The notes: generated by a model not told the origin, from the letters alone. 64,000 bases of DNA from Octopus bimaculoides (GCF_001194135.2 NC_068981.1:161731817-161795816), one strand, 5' to 3'. Positions 25,225-38,564 are shown, counted from the stretch's first letter. Translations and numbers: made by a program.

Positions 25225-25571
25225 ATTTCCCCTCTGTCTCCGTATTTCTCATTTGATTGTTTTATTCGAAATGGGACTACAATGAGGCTAAATTGTTATC
25301 ATTACAATATTGTTATTACTATTATTTATCCCTGGGATTAGGGTTGATGCTCTTACCCCACTCGTTCTTTCTGCTGAATTCAGTGCCCTTTGTTATGTAG
25401 ATGGATTCAGTAATTTATCAGAAGGACAAAACCTAAAAGTGAATGAATAGCATTTTTTCTCACCTTGTTTACTGATTAAAATGTAAAAGGTTACCCAAAA
25501 TTTTAATTAAGTTTGTTTAAATTTGAAATGTAGTGAAGAGCGGATCAGATCTTTAGAAGTATAGTGACAAC

Positions 25572-25610
25572 TCCTGACATGTTCCAGCCTTGTTAGACCT
25601 CTTCAGCAAA
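25572..25610 (-). ncRNA. Degenerate type I hammerhead-like motif (probably inactive)
   Basis: Minus strand: CTGAAGA ggtct-aaca-aggct GGAAC at GTC agga; palindromic ACATGT helix III, but GAAA is mutated to GGAA and helix I is broken. Confidence 0.35.
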
Positions 25611-26044
25611 GCGTTATCTAACTATCACTGCAAACCTTAGATGGATAGAGAATGTATATGATTTCTGTGAATGGAAAGAGATACATTCATGGTTGCATGG
25701 TCAAAAAGCTTGCTTCTCAGCTATGTAGCCTTAGGATGAATCCCATTGTGTGGAACCTGGGGCAAGTGTCTTCTACTTCAACTCCAGGCTGGTCAAAGCC
25801 TTTTGAGTGGATTTGGTAGACGGAAACTGAAAGAAGCTTGTAGTTTATATGTGTGTTTGTGTGCATGTGTATGTGTGTGTGTGTGTGTGTGTGTGAGAGA
25901 AGAGAGAGAATGAGACAGAGAGAGAGTGAGAGAGAAAGTTACCATCTCTATGCTTTGCATGATAGTTATAAGTGTGTGTTACTGTCATACAACACTGACG
26001 TTCATTTCCAATCTTCTATGGAAGCATGTTGGGCCATAGGGAAA

Positions 26045-26262
26045 TATTCTTTTCTACTCTAGGCACAAGGCCCAAAATTTTTGGGGAGGGGGCCAGTCGA
26101 TTAGATCGACCCCAGTACACAACTGGTACTTAATCTATTGACTCCAAAAGTATGAAAGGCGAAGTCGACTTCGGCAGAATTTGAACTCAGAACGTAAAGA
26201 CAGACGAAATACTGCTAAACATTTTGCCTGGTGTGCTAACGTTTCTGCCAGCTCGCCGCCTT
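26045..26262 (-). mobile_element. SINE-B (second copy at ~26400-26595)
   Basis: tttctactctaggcacaaggcc...gacgaaatactgctaa...ctgccagctcgccgcc. Confidence 0.85.
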
Positions 26263-26600
26263 TGCCATAGGGAAATATTACCTTACTTGGAAACGGGTGA
26301 GGATTAATAAGAAGAGCATCTAGCCATAGAAAATCTGTCTCCACAAATTCCATCTGACCCATGCAAGCATAGAAAAGTAGACGTTAAAATCCTTTTACAC
26401 AAAGCCTGAAATTTGTGCGGGAGGGGTAAGTCGATTTTATTGACCCCACTGCTCAACTAGCACTTATTTTATTGACCCCCAAAAGGATGAAAGGCAAAGT
26501 TGACCTCGGTAGGATTTGAATTCAGAACATAAGGATGGACGAAATGCTGCTAAGCATTTTGCTTGGCATGCTAATGATTCTACCAGCTCACCACCTTTAA

Positions 26601-26821
26601 CCCGTTAGTGCTCACATTATTCTGCCAAAATTGATGCTTTTTTATCCACTTTGTTTTGAACTAATCATGCATTATCTTGTAGCTATGAGATTTTGATGAG
26701 GTAGCTGCTAATTTTTAAAACAATATTGTAGGGTTGGTGTGAGAGACCAGATCTGGCCAGTTCTAACATTAAACAGGCAGGATACTTTTGGCCGGATATG
26801 GCCGGTTTAAATGCTAAAGGG
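26601..26821. mobile_element. piggyBac-like MITE, 221 bp
   Basis: TTAA-cccgttag ... ctaaaggg-TTAA; TTAA at 26597-26600 and 26822-26825. Confidence 0.6.
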
Positions 26822-27668
26822 TTAAAGTAGCTGTTAAAATAACGATGATGACAATGACAATGATGATAGTGAACACAGAGGCATTAGAGATTTTAAAAGT
26901 GGCTAGAGCAAAAATACCTTGGGATGCCTATTGAAACCTCGGTAGCATAGCACAAGCATACTTGTAGCAAGCCAAGAGATTTTGATTAATTAGATATGAA
27001 ATGCAGTGGAGAATGTGTGTGATCTTTAGCAGTAGATATAGACTGATTGTGGTGATACTACAAATGAAATCAGATAAGCTATGAGTGATAAACTGCAATA
27101 AAACATGTAGACATGTCCACACCTACACCGTGTCTACTGTTATGTAGTGTCACTGCCAGTAACTTAAATCTAACACAGTTGACAGGTCAATAAACAATAG
27201 CAGGAAACAACAAAAGCAACTGCAATGAGAAAACATCAGCAATGAAACTCACACATATACACGTACATAGACACAGACGCAAACACACGGAAGCGCTCCA
27301 TTGAAAAGATGCAACACCACTAAAATCAAACCCACACATGCACAACACGAATATAATAATCACATATTCACAAATACATACACATACTTGCACATGCAGT
27401 CTCTCACCTCCCACCACCATCACTAAGTACATAGTGACCAGGCAGAGTCTGAAATCAGTCACGGAGAAGTCGTTATAAAGGCTGCAGACGTGAATTAAAG
27501 ACTTTGACAAATGAATCAATTAACAAAGATGTGATCTGCAACAAATACACGTATTTTTATTGGCAGAATAATCCTCCTCAAACCTAACAATAACTGTTTC
27601 AACATACGATTTAACATCACGAATCCTGTGAAACAAAAAACGCAAAAAACGTAAAGTACATGTATGCA

Positions 27669-27710
<42 letters not shown>

Positions 27711-28242
27711 NNNNNNNNNNNNNNNNNNNNNNNNNNNNNNNNNNNNNNNNNNNNNNNNNNNNNNNNNNNNNNNNNNNNNNNNNNNNNNNNNNNNNNNNNN
27801 NNNNNNNNNNNNNNNNNNNNNNNNNNNNNNNNNNNNNNNNNNNNNNNNNNNNNNNNNNNNNNNNNNNNNNNNNNNNNNNNNNNNNNNNNNNNNNNNNNNN
27901 NNNNNNNNNNNNNNNNNNNNNNNNNNNNNNNNNNNNNNNNNNNNNNNNNNNNNNNNNNNNNNNNNNNNNNNNNNNNNNNNNNNNNNNNNNNNNNNNNNNN
28001 NNNNNNNNNNNNNNNNNNNNNNNNNNNNNNNNNNNNNNNNNNNNNNNNNNNNNNNNNNNNNNNNNNNNNNNNNNNNNNNNNNNNNNNNNNNNNNNNNNNN
28101 NNNNNNNNNNNNNNNNNNNNNNNNNNNNNNNNNNNNNNNNNNNNTAATAGTAAGAAAACAAAAGAATGAAAGAGACTTCAATATTATGTAAATAGAGGAA
28201 TTTATCTGTAATATAATATGTGACAATTATTCGGTTGCCATA

Positions 28243-28301
28243 ATAAAACTCTGAGTTTCGGATGTCTGGGTGGAAACCTGCTCCGGCATCTCTTCAGTTA
28301 T
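28243..28301 (-). ncRNA. Candidate type I hammerhead ribozyme, left arm (GUU at the cleavage site)
   Basis: Minus strand: ATAA CTGAAGA gatgccgg...ccagacatc c GAAAC tcaga GTT TTAT. Confidence 0.5.
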
Positions 28302-29851
28302 CGAGGCAATCAAAATAATCTATGAAAATAACCATTAAACAAAGGGAAATTACTATGTAACTGACCGTTATTAAGACAAAAGAGATATTAGAATGACCGT
28401 TAAATAAGGGAAAAAACTGAAGGGGAGGACATAAAAAATAAAGGAGTAAAAATGCTCATAGCAATCGTGTATGCACGCATGTACATACAAATGCGCGCAC
28501 GCACACCCACGTGCATCTACCTATATGCATATGCTCACTCACACTCGCATGAAACACACACATATGCACCCACACATACACCAATAGATACACATATATA
28601 TGCAATCATGCATGTACATGTATACATATCCATACACAGGCACGCACACACACACACATACACGCACACACATGTGCATATACCCATACGCGCACAGTTA
28701 TATTCTAATACATGTCTAAAAGTACGCACATGCTATATGCTTACTCACACTCGTGTGGAACACATGCATGTACACCCATTATATATGCAACTATACACAT
28801 GTACATATACGCGTACATATATACATACCCGCACACACACACATGCATGATGTACACATGTATATCCGCACACACGTGCGCACACACACATATGTGAACA
28901 TACCCATACATGCACATTTATATTCAAATGCATGTCTAAAATACGTGCATGCTATATATGCATATGCTCACTCACACTCGCGTGGAACACTCACATGTAC
29001 ACCCACATATATATGCAACCATACACATGTACATACACATGTACATATATACATACCCGCACACATACACACACACACACACACACGTGCACAAAAAAGT
29101 TCATATACATATCTATGTATGCACATGCACAAGAAAAATGCAGAGTGAAAGGTAAAATACAGAAAAAATACAGTAAAAATATATAAAGCAATAAAAATAT
29201 AAAAATTATCTCTATAAATATGTAAAAAATATGTAAAAGATATATTAAAAAAATATGTAAAAAATATGTATGTGTATGTGCATGTGTGTGTGTGTGTACA
29301 TGTGTGTGCAGATATACATATGTATACATCGTGCGTGCGTGTACTTGTGTGCAGGTATGTATATATGTACATGTGTATGGTTGCATATATATGTGGGTGT
29401 ACATACATGTGTTCCACGCAAGTGTGAGTTAGTATATAGCATGTGCATATTTTTTTGTGTATCTGATTATAACTGTGTGTGTATGGGTATGTGCATGTGT
29501 GTGTGTGTGTGTATGTGCATGCCTGTGTGTGGATATGTGTACATGTACATGCATGGTTGCATATATATGTGCATCTATTGGCGTATGTGTGTTTCATGCG
29601 AGTGTGAGTGAGCATATGCATATAGGCACATGTACGTGGGTGTGTGTGTTGTGCCTGTGTATGTATGTACATGCGTGCATACGCGATTGCTATGAGCATT
29701 TTTACTCCTTTATTTTTTACTTCCTCCCCTTTGGTTTTTTTCCCCTTATTCAATGGTCATTCTAATAGCTCTTTTGTCTTAATAACGGTCGATTACATAT
29801 TAATTTCCCTTTGTTTAATGGTCATTTTCATAGCATATTTTGATTGCCTCG

Positions 29852-29910
29852 ATAACTGAAGAGATGCCGGAGCAGGTTTCCGCCCCGACATCTGAAACTC
29901 GGAGTCTTAT
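29852..29910 (+). ncRNA. Candidate type I hammerhead ribozyme, right arm (GUC, predicted cut after 29906)
   Basis: ATAA(29852-55) CTGAAGA(29856-62) helix II GATGCCGG/CCGACATC (7 of 8 pairs) t GAAAC(29894-98) TCGGA GTC(29904-06) TTAT; helix III ACTC-G-GAGT is near-palindromic. Confidence 0.65.
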
Positions 29911-29960
29911 TATGGCAACCAAATAATTGTCACATATTATATTACAGATATATATATATA

Positions 29961-30142
29961 GGCGCAGGAGTAGCTGTGTGGTAAGTAGCTTGCTTACCAA
30001 CCACATGGTGTGTTTATGTTCCCATCACATAGCGGTTTGGCAAAAGAGAGAACGATAGAATAAGTACTAGGCTTACAAAGAATAAGTCCCAGGGTCGATT
30101 AGCTAGACCAAATGTGGTGCTCCAGCATGGCTGCAGTCAAAA
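29961..30142 (+). mobile_element. Internally deleted SINE-A
   Basis: Head joins body directly at ...caaccacatggt|gtgtttatg..., a tggt microhomology junction. Confidence 0.75.
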
Positions 30143-30149
30143 GAATATA

Positions 30150-30415
30150 TAAAAGTGTCTGTGCGGTGCCATGTAAAAGCACCTGTGCTGTGCCACATAA
30201 AAACGCCCATACAGTCCCACATGAAAGTGCTTGTGCAGTGCCACATTAAAAGCACCCAGCACACTCTGTAAAGTGGTTGACATTAGGAGGGGCATCCAGC
30301 TGTAGAAACCATACTAAATCAGAATGGAGCCTGGTGCAGCTCCCCAGCATGCCAGCTCTGGTCAAACCATCTAATCCTCGCCAGCATGGAAAACAGACGT
30401 TAAGTGATGATGATG
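30150..30415 (+). mobile_element. RTE family 1 3' tail with short tandem units
   Basis: gtgccac(a/g)taaaagcac units then the standard tail. Confidence 0.8.
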
Positions 30416-33184
30416 TACTGTACTATTTTTAGACTAGTACCCAGGAACTAAGACAATTATTAGTGAACTTTTGTAGTAACTGGAGAAGCAAAAGCCTAAC
30501 AGAAAACTCTTTTAGAGTTTAACAGCAGGGTATATCAACATAAAAATTCTCTCAGATAATGTAACAAAGAAAATATTAACAACAACAACAGAAGAAAAAA
30601 ATGTGAGTCTACAGTCATCACATTTCCTATTCTGGACAGAGTCACGATTCAAAACTGTGTAATTTGTTTTCAATATAATGTCATAAAACACACTCCTTCA
30701 CACTGGTCTGGTAATAAACAGATTTATTCTTGTCATGCAGATACATTAGGAAATGCATTATCCCTTTTTGTGGCAACAAATGCAGCACTATTGATGACAC
30801 ACATTGTGTGACATGCCATCATCTTTCTTATGTTTCTCTAACTACTGTAAAAGTCCATTGAAGATTGCTCACTGTATCCAAAATCCCTGAAATTATGTAT
30901 GAAACTAATGGCATGAAATTGAACAGTATTAAGTTTATAAATACTCATTACCTGAGAGAAATATATCTCATGGTACAATTAAATAAAAGATACAGTTGAC
31001 CAATGAGAAGCTATTCTATTGACTCTCATTTGTACCATCATTGAGAAGAAACTGACATTAAGCTCCAAAATGCTGCTGATGATTGAGGATGTTATTTCAC
31101 AAGAGCATACTTCATTTTCTCTAACTTAATCGGATAATCATTTAAGATAGACACTGAAATTACAAGCACAATGTTAAGTGTACATTACACCTATGTTATA
31201 TCTGGATCAATGGATACCTTTATAAAAGTAACATATGTATGTAAAATAGCTGGAGAACTTTCATAAAGAAAACCTCTGTACTTCATTCTCCTCATTAATT
31301 AATGTAATAATTTGATAAACTTTGAAGTTATTCTCAAGAAAGGTCTTATTAAAGGCGTTACCTCTTTCCACTACCACAACCAGATTAAGACCTGTAGAGT
31401 CCCTAAGCACTTAAAAGATTTTGGTGCTTCCATATATATGTAATTCAAAATATAAACAATAATAAACTACAAAATAAATTTTTATTTTTTTCAAAATGAA
31501 ACAAAAGTAACAATAAGATGGAAAATGATGTTTATTTTTGTTCACTTCCACTTTATATTTGAAAAATTTTCTCCTATTTTTTTTTTATTGCGAAGTCTTT
31601 GATTAGATCCTCACTATGATACCATGACCACTTTGGAATTATATTTCCAATCATATAAACCACTTCGAATGTTATTTTAACAAGTTTAAAGTGATTTCTT
31701 TTGTGCTGTAAACCATTTACCATTTCTGTGGTGTTGCACTTACCCTGATGCCTTAAGCATGTACTTATCTTGATTAACGGTTAATCCAACACTGTCCACA
31801 ACACACAAACTTAACCTTAGTTTATAGATTTGCTTTGCATCACCTTCCCGCTATTTGTAAATGCTATCCTGAATACTAAGTATAAAGTCTTGTTATTGTC
31901 ACCTTTGTTTGTTATGTTACTTGGATTTTGGTGTACTCCAGTCAACTGGTGATCCTTTCATAAATTTTTCTTTGAATGTTTCCCCAGCACAACATAGCCA
32001 GTGAAGTTACTAGTTTATTTTAATACAGCAACATACTATCTATTTTCTGAGTATATATGTATACCTCTGTTTTAGCTTACTCCTACCAACTTCAATTTTA
32101 TAGGTTATTATTCAGCTTAATTGATGTAACATGCTGCTTATATGCATATTTGATGATTTTAATTTTAATCAATGCTGTTGCATCAACCTTTTACTTCTTT
32201 TTATATCCCTTATATTTTTTTGTGCATAACTAGTTTTTTTTTATGAAATAGATATTGCAAATAGCAATTATTGTCTTATTACAATCTCCTATTTTTGCAT
32301 GACTATTTCGCTTATCATTTATATCCCATCTATTTTCATACATGCAATTTTTCTTTAAAGATTGTATTTGCAATCAACCCTAAGCTTGTCTCTGAAAGGT
32401 TGCTGAGTGATGAAGTGCAACAAATGGTGCAAGACTAGTGAACAACTTATGTTGGAGTTATCAATATAGCAGTGGCCATGATATTTGAGACAGAAGTCAA
32501 GAAAAAAAAAGGTAAAATCAAGGTAAGTCCCCATCAAGAAAATAGGTCTTTGTAAAGAAATGACAGCTGATAAGTCAGATAAAGATAGGAATATCAGTAT
32601 GTCAATGGCAATTAGAAAAATTAGGGAGTTAGCTGATAAGTTAAGAACAATTGCTGAAAAATTAGATGTTGAAATAAAAGTAGAAGAAATCCTAGATCAA
32701 AGGCTTGAAAGGGAAAATATCAGGTCATCCCATAAGCTGAATACATCATTTCCATTACACATATTTAAGTTGAGAGGCACAAGCACTTACACATACATGT
32801 ACACCCATGACGGAAACTTCTACCTACCAAATTCAATCACAAGGCTTCGGTTGGCCCAAAGCTGTAGCAGAAGACACTTGCCTAAGGTGCCACTAGTTGT
32901 CAAGGTAATGGGGTGGAGACAAACACAAATCCCCCCCCCCATTTTTATGAAAAGCTTCCACACAGTTTCTGTCTACCAAGTTCCCTCACAAAGCATTGGT
33001 CAGCCCAAGACTATAGCAGAAGACACGTGCCCAAGGTGCCATGTTGGGGGACTAAATTCAAAACCACAAGGTTGAAAAGTGAGCTTCCTAACCACGCAGC
33101 CATGCCTGCACCTATTTGCTTGATTTTTCTTTTCAAATTCTATTTATTACTTTTCTGTTATTGTCCATCCTTATTTTGATTTAA

Positions 33185-34045
33185 TCTGAATCAGCATTCT
33201 TTCAAAAATGATCTTTCTTATGGCTACAATTACATTCTACACATTTTTTCCCTTGTTCAATATTTCATTCTTCCTCTATTCAATCTCATGGTCAAAATTT
33301 TCAGACTCAGGCTTTCTTTCGAATAAATTTGAAGAACTTTCAATCGCTGTATTTATTGCTATTAGAATTTTCAATGTTTTTCTAGTATAGAGTCTTGTTT
33401 CTCTCAAAATTATTTACTACACATTTTTCGTACATGTGTCCACAATCAATCTGTCTCTTATAGAATTTGTAAAGTCTACCAATTTCTGAATTTTATTTTT
33501 CTGCAACAAAATGGTATTACTCATTCCACTCATTTGATAGAAACTGAAAAAATTTTATATCTCAACATCACAAGAATTCTCTCCCTCAAAATTTGTTACC
33601 AATTTTTGTATGACTTCAAAAAATTTACATTTCGCATCATCAAAGCATTAGCCAATTTAAACATTTTTACCACCAGTTCCAGTGATAAAATATTTCAATT
33701 TTACATCTTCATTGGTAAATCTATTTTTAATTCAGAATAAGTCTCCATGCTGATCACAAAAATCTTTTGATATGAGAATGCTGGAAACTTTTTTTTCCTA
33801 TGAAATAACCCAAACTTGCCTAGATATTCCTTCAGCCAATGTAATATCATAATTTCATAATTTTTAAACAAATGACTTCAAAAAAAATATTCTTCTAAAA
33901 ATTAAAAACTTTTCACCATTTTTTTTTTCCTTTTTTCAAAACCTGTAGCTAATTTTTGTGGAAAAGTTTTCATATCTACCTTTTTTTTCTCAAAGTCTTC
34001 AGTGCTACATTTTTCAAGCTAACTTCATCTAGTTCCCACTTTTTT
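33185..34045 (-). pseudogene. Decayed AT-rich coding-like segment; best guess LINE endonuclease/linker remnant
   Basis: By-eye translation WELDEVSLKNVALKTLRKK / VDMKTFPQKLATGFEK, plus long near-open frames with scattered stops; no diagnostic motif intact. Confidence 0.3.
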
Positions 34046-34484
34046 GTTGTGTTTATTTCTTAGTTACAGTACAATCTGGAGTGCAAATAAAATAAAAGCA
34101 AATTCTATGATTATTGACAGGAAGATATAATAAAAAATTGTTTTCAAATTTTTCCACAAGGGCAGCCATTTTGGGGGAGAGGATTAGTCGATTACATCAA
34201 CCCCAGTATTTCACTGGTACTTAATTTATTAGGATATAATAACAAGAATTAAGCAATGAATCTCAGTAATTAGTTGATGTCATTGTACAACATTTCAGCT
34301 AAAGAGTGGAACCCTTTGCCAAAATAATCATGTTTTATTATACCAAAAAGTTTGATTGCCAAACACATGGTCTCAAGTTCAGTTATACTGTGTGGCAACT
34401 TTGGGCAAAAATCTTCTACTATAGCATCCAGGCAACCAAAGCTTTGTCAGTGAATTTGATAGATGGAAACTGAAAGCCTGTCCA

Positions 34485-34541
<57 letters not shown>

Positions 34542-34674
34542 NNNNNNNNNNNNNNNNNNNNNNNNNNNNNNNNNNNNNNNNNNNNNNNNNNNNNNNNNNN
34601 NNNNNNNNNNNNNNNNNNNNNNNNNNNNNNNNNNNNNNNNNNNNNNNNNNNNNNNNNNNNNNNNNNNNNNNNTG

Positions 34675-34727
<53 letters not shown>

Positions 34728-35663
34728 ACGTTACTGTCTCCTTGTTGTCGTGTGATGTCATGCAAGCGGTAGTCTTTCATCCTCAATCTTCTATGACAAC
34801 ACATCTGGTCTTGTGGAATATTACCTTTCTTGGAAACAGGCGAGGGTTGGTAACAGGAAGGGCATCTGGCTATAGAAAATCTGCCTCATCAAATTCTGTC
34901 TGACCCATGAAAGCATGGAAATGTAGAAGTTAAACTATGATGATTATAAGAGTATATCTTTCCATTCACCCTGCTCAATTTATGTACCAACCCACAAGTG
35001 ATATCAACTATTGCTACATATTGTAGGGCTAAACAAGTAACTGTCATTAGTTGAACCATGGCTGAGGAGATGAATAATCTCTGAAATATTTCAATGTTAT
35101 GTAAATTAACTTGTGATAAGTATTCTATAGCTTCCATTTGTGATATATTTGTAGTCTATTCTTCCTGTTATTTTAAAATTCACACACACACATATTCAAA
35201 TTAAATACAACTGTAAAGTCACAATAAAGTATGTGAGAATTGGGTGTCTATATTACACACTTTGCTATATTAGTACAAAATGTATGCATGGATGTGTGAA
35301 TGATTTTGTTTTACCTCTCATCTTCACATGTGTATACTGACTGTAAACAAAAGCCTTGCCAGTCAAGACTAATGGCGTTGTTCATTTGCAGTCTACTGCA
35401 AAAGCATATGCAGGCTACATGGCATGTCATGACAGGTTGCATGCTGAATATCCACAAAAGCTTCACCATTCATGCAAACCATGTCATTTGTTTACAGTCT
35501 TCCATGAAAGGATGTCTGAACTGTTTGTTGTTCAATAGTTTGTGGTATTTATTGTCCTGCATAGAAACAGGTACGAGATATCAGAAATGATATCTGGCCA
35601 CAGAAAGCTTGCCTCAAATAATCTCAGCTGATCAATCCAAGCATGTAAAACTAGACCTTAAAG

Positions 35664-35770
35664 CAGTGTTTCTCAACTGGGGTTCCCTGGAACCCTAAGG
35701 TTCCACAAAAGGTTCCTACGGGTTCCGTGAGAAAGAGTGCAATAAGCTAATGCTAATTTCATGATTGTAA
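35664..35770 (+). mobile_element. hAT-like left end
   Basis: cagtgtttctcaactggggttcc...ggaaccc...ggttcc subterminal motifs; right end not found. Confidence 0.45.
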
Positions 35771-35781
35771 TATTACTATAC

Positions 35782-36098
35782 GGAGGCACAATGGCCCAGT
35801 GGTTAGCGCAGTGGACTCATGGTCGGAGGATCGTGGTTTTGATTCCCAGACTGGGCGTTGTGAGTGTTTATTGAGCGAAAACACCTAAGCTCCCCAAGGC
35901 TCCAGCAGGGGGTGATGTTGAATCCTGTTGTATTCTTTCGCCCCAACTTTCTCTCACTCTTTCTTCCTGTTTCTTGAGTAACGCTGCGATGGACTGGCAT
36001 CCCATCTAGCTGGGGGGAACACATACGCCATAGAAACTGGGAAACCAGGCCCATGAGCCTGGCTAGGCTTTGAAAGGGTGATGTTTATCGTTTTTTTT
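35782..36098 (+). mobile_element. SINE-C head with tail Y, 14-bp TSD
   Basis: TSD taatattactatac at 35768-35781 and 36099-36112; first ~170 bp match the 21940 copy, then diverge. Confidence 0.9.
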
Positions 36099-36140
36099 TA
36101 ATATTACTATACATGCACAACATATTATTGGTTATTGTAA

Positions 36141-36351
36141 CATTCTTTTCTACTCTAGGCACAAGGCCTGAAATTTTTGGGGAGGGGGCCAGTCAGTTAA
36201 ATCAACTCCAGTACTGGTACTTAATTTATCAACTCTGAGAGGATGAAAGGCAAATTCCACATCGGTGGAATTTGAACTCAGAACCTAAAGACAGATGAAA
36301 TGCCGCTAAGCATTTCACCCAGCATGCTAACATTTCTGCCAGCTTGCTGCC
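36141..36351 (-). mobile_element. SINE-B with perfect 16-bp TSD
   Basis: ttattggttattgtaa at 36125-36140 and 36352-36367; 3' end is ...ggccttgtgcctagagtagaaaagaatg. Confidence 0.9.
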
Positions 36352-36474
36352 TTATTGGTTATTGTAATATTGTAATATTGTAATATTGACATCATTCTAT
36401 CTAACCTGTTATGTTATCAAAAAAGGTATAACAACCATTGGGGCTCTATTTAGTGCTGTCTGTAATTTATGGAC

Positions 36475-36520
<46 letters not shown>

Positions 36521-36521
<1 letters not shown>

Positions 36522-37020
36522 TACCTCTGTTGGTGACAAAGGGTGAGAGGTAGGTGACAAAGGTAGACTGTGTGTGACGCATGTGTATGAACAGCCATGT
36601 TACATGGCAGTGAAACATGGGCTGTGACTGCTGAAGACATGCATAAGCTTGCAAGGAATGAAGCCAGTATGCTCTGCTGGATGTGTAATGTCAGTGTGCA
36701 TCCATGACAGAGTGTAAGTGCCTTGAGAGAAAAGTTGGATCTAAGAAGCATCAGTTGTGGTGTGCAAGGGAGGCAACTGCGTTGGTATGGTCATGTGGTG
36801 AGTGTAAACCATTTACACTTGTACATGCACACTGACTTTGTACATCTAGCAAAGCATACTGGCTTCTTTTATTTCAAGCCTTCACATTCCTTTGCAGTTA
36901 CAGCCCCTATTTTGCTGTCATGTAGCACAGCTGTCTGTACACAGGTATCATACAATCATCTAATTTCACGCTGAGGGAGAGCCCCTTTGTCACCAACAAA
37001 GGTAATAGCTCTCTGAACTT
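36521..37020. mobile_element. Two convergent RTE family 1 ORF fragments covering the same segment
   Basis: ttacctctgttggtgacaaagg...gtcagtgtgcat (+, 36521-36710) versus atgcacactgac...cctttgtcaccaacaaaggtaa (-, 36825-37005). Confidence 0.8.
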
Positions 37021-37782
37021 TGCCCAACTGGCTGCATTTTCTCCTCACCACTACTTCACAGCTAGTGTTAGTTCGTTTACATCTCCTTACATCCTGTACA
37101 TATACAACATGCTTCCATCTAGTTTCCACCATCCAGATTCACTCACAAGGCATTGGTTGACCCAAAGCTATAGTAGAAGACATTTTCTCCAGCTGCCATG
37201 CACAGGAATTGAACCCAAGACTGCATAGTTGAAAAGAGGGTTTCTCAACCATACAGCCTTTTTTTCCCAATGATTCTTCTATATATCGAAACCTTTCTTT
37301 TTCATATATCTTACAACATAATAAAACCATTCTTATTTGTTATTTAACATTACACCACAAATGTGAACAAGTGTTAAAACCTATTGTATGTTCAGTGACT
37401 GCCTGCTTTGTCACTATATATATTTATAAATATGATTTTATTTTTCTGAACACTCTCTCCTGCAAAGTGTAAACCACATATTTCCTGTTTGTTGCTCACT
37501 AATGTAATTCCTCTCGCTTCATAAAAATAGTTTCTGTTTGCTTTTTATTATTTTGTTTTATTTGTTATTTGTAAATAATTTTTTTCTTTTTCTTTCCCTT
37601 TCGCTTTTTCTTTTTGTTTGTTTGTTTGGGTGTGTAGAATTTTAACTGTGTCCTTTTAACGTTTATTGAGAAGTTGTGTATATTTATTGAGAGACGGGTT
37701 GAGAAGGTTTTGAAGCGTTAATGGATTCAGGACTGTTATCGTTCAACACTAAACATAAAGGACTAAATATGATAAATCATGT

Positions 37783-37833
<51 letters not shown>

Positions 37834-38564
37834 ATGCATGCATGTGTATGTGTATTTGTCTATATATCTATAGGTATACACAACACACATAATGTGTGTG
37901 TGTGTGTGCAGGAGTACTTGTTTCAATCATTGGACTGCGGCCATACAGGGGCACTACTTTGAAGGATCTTAGTTGAACAAATTGACCCTAGTGCTTATGT
38001 CATTTAAAAAAAAAATCTTGTCCTTATTCTTCTGGTTGCTTTTGCTGAATCACCAAGTTATGGGGATGTAAACAAACCAACACAGCTGTTGTCTGTTGGG
38101 TGCGTATGTGTGTGCATTAAACAAAGATACAAAGACACACACACGTGCACACATACTGGTGCTGCATAAACGCACCCGTGCCAGTGACACATAAGAAACA
38201 TCCAGCAGAGTCTATTAAGTGGTTGACATTAGAAAGGGCAACCAGCTGTAGAAACCATGCCACAACAGACAGTTGTAGTCTGGACAGCTCCCTGCTAGCT
38301 AGCTCCATGTCAAATCATCCAACCCATGTCAGCATGGAAAGAGGACGCTAAACGATGATGATCATACACACACAAGTCCACACACACACACAAAATTTCT
38401 GTCAACTAAATTCACTCACAGAGCATTTGTTGAGACACAGGGCTGGAGCAGAGGGCATCTTCCCAAAGTTCCACATAGAAGGATCAAACCCAGGACCATG
38501 TAATCATGTAATTTCAAAGCAAGCTTCTCAACCATACAGCCATGCCGGTACCTGAAATATTGGT

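Larger units (their letters stand above)
28203..29950. mobile_element. ~1.75-kb fold-back element: long inverted arms with internal ~220-bp CA/TA-rich tandem units and an A-rich spacer
   Basis: 28203-28500 is the high-identity reverse complement of 29660-29950 (tatctgtaatataatatgtgac... / ...gtcacatattatattacagata); similarity continues through the tandem units; spacer ~29090-29260. Confidence 0.9.
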
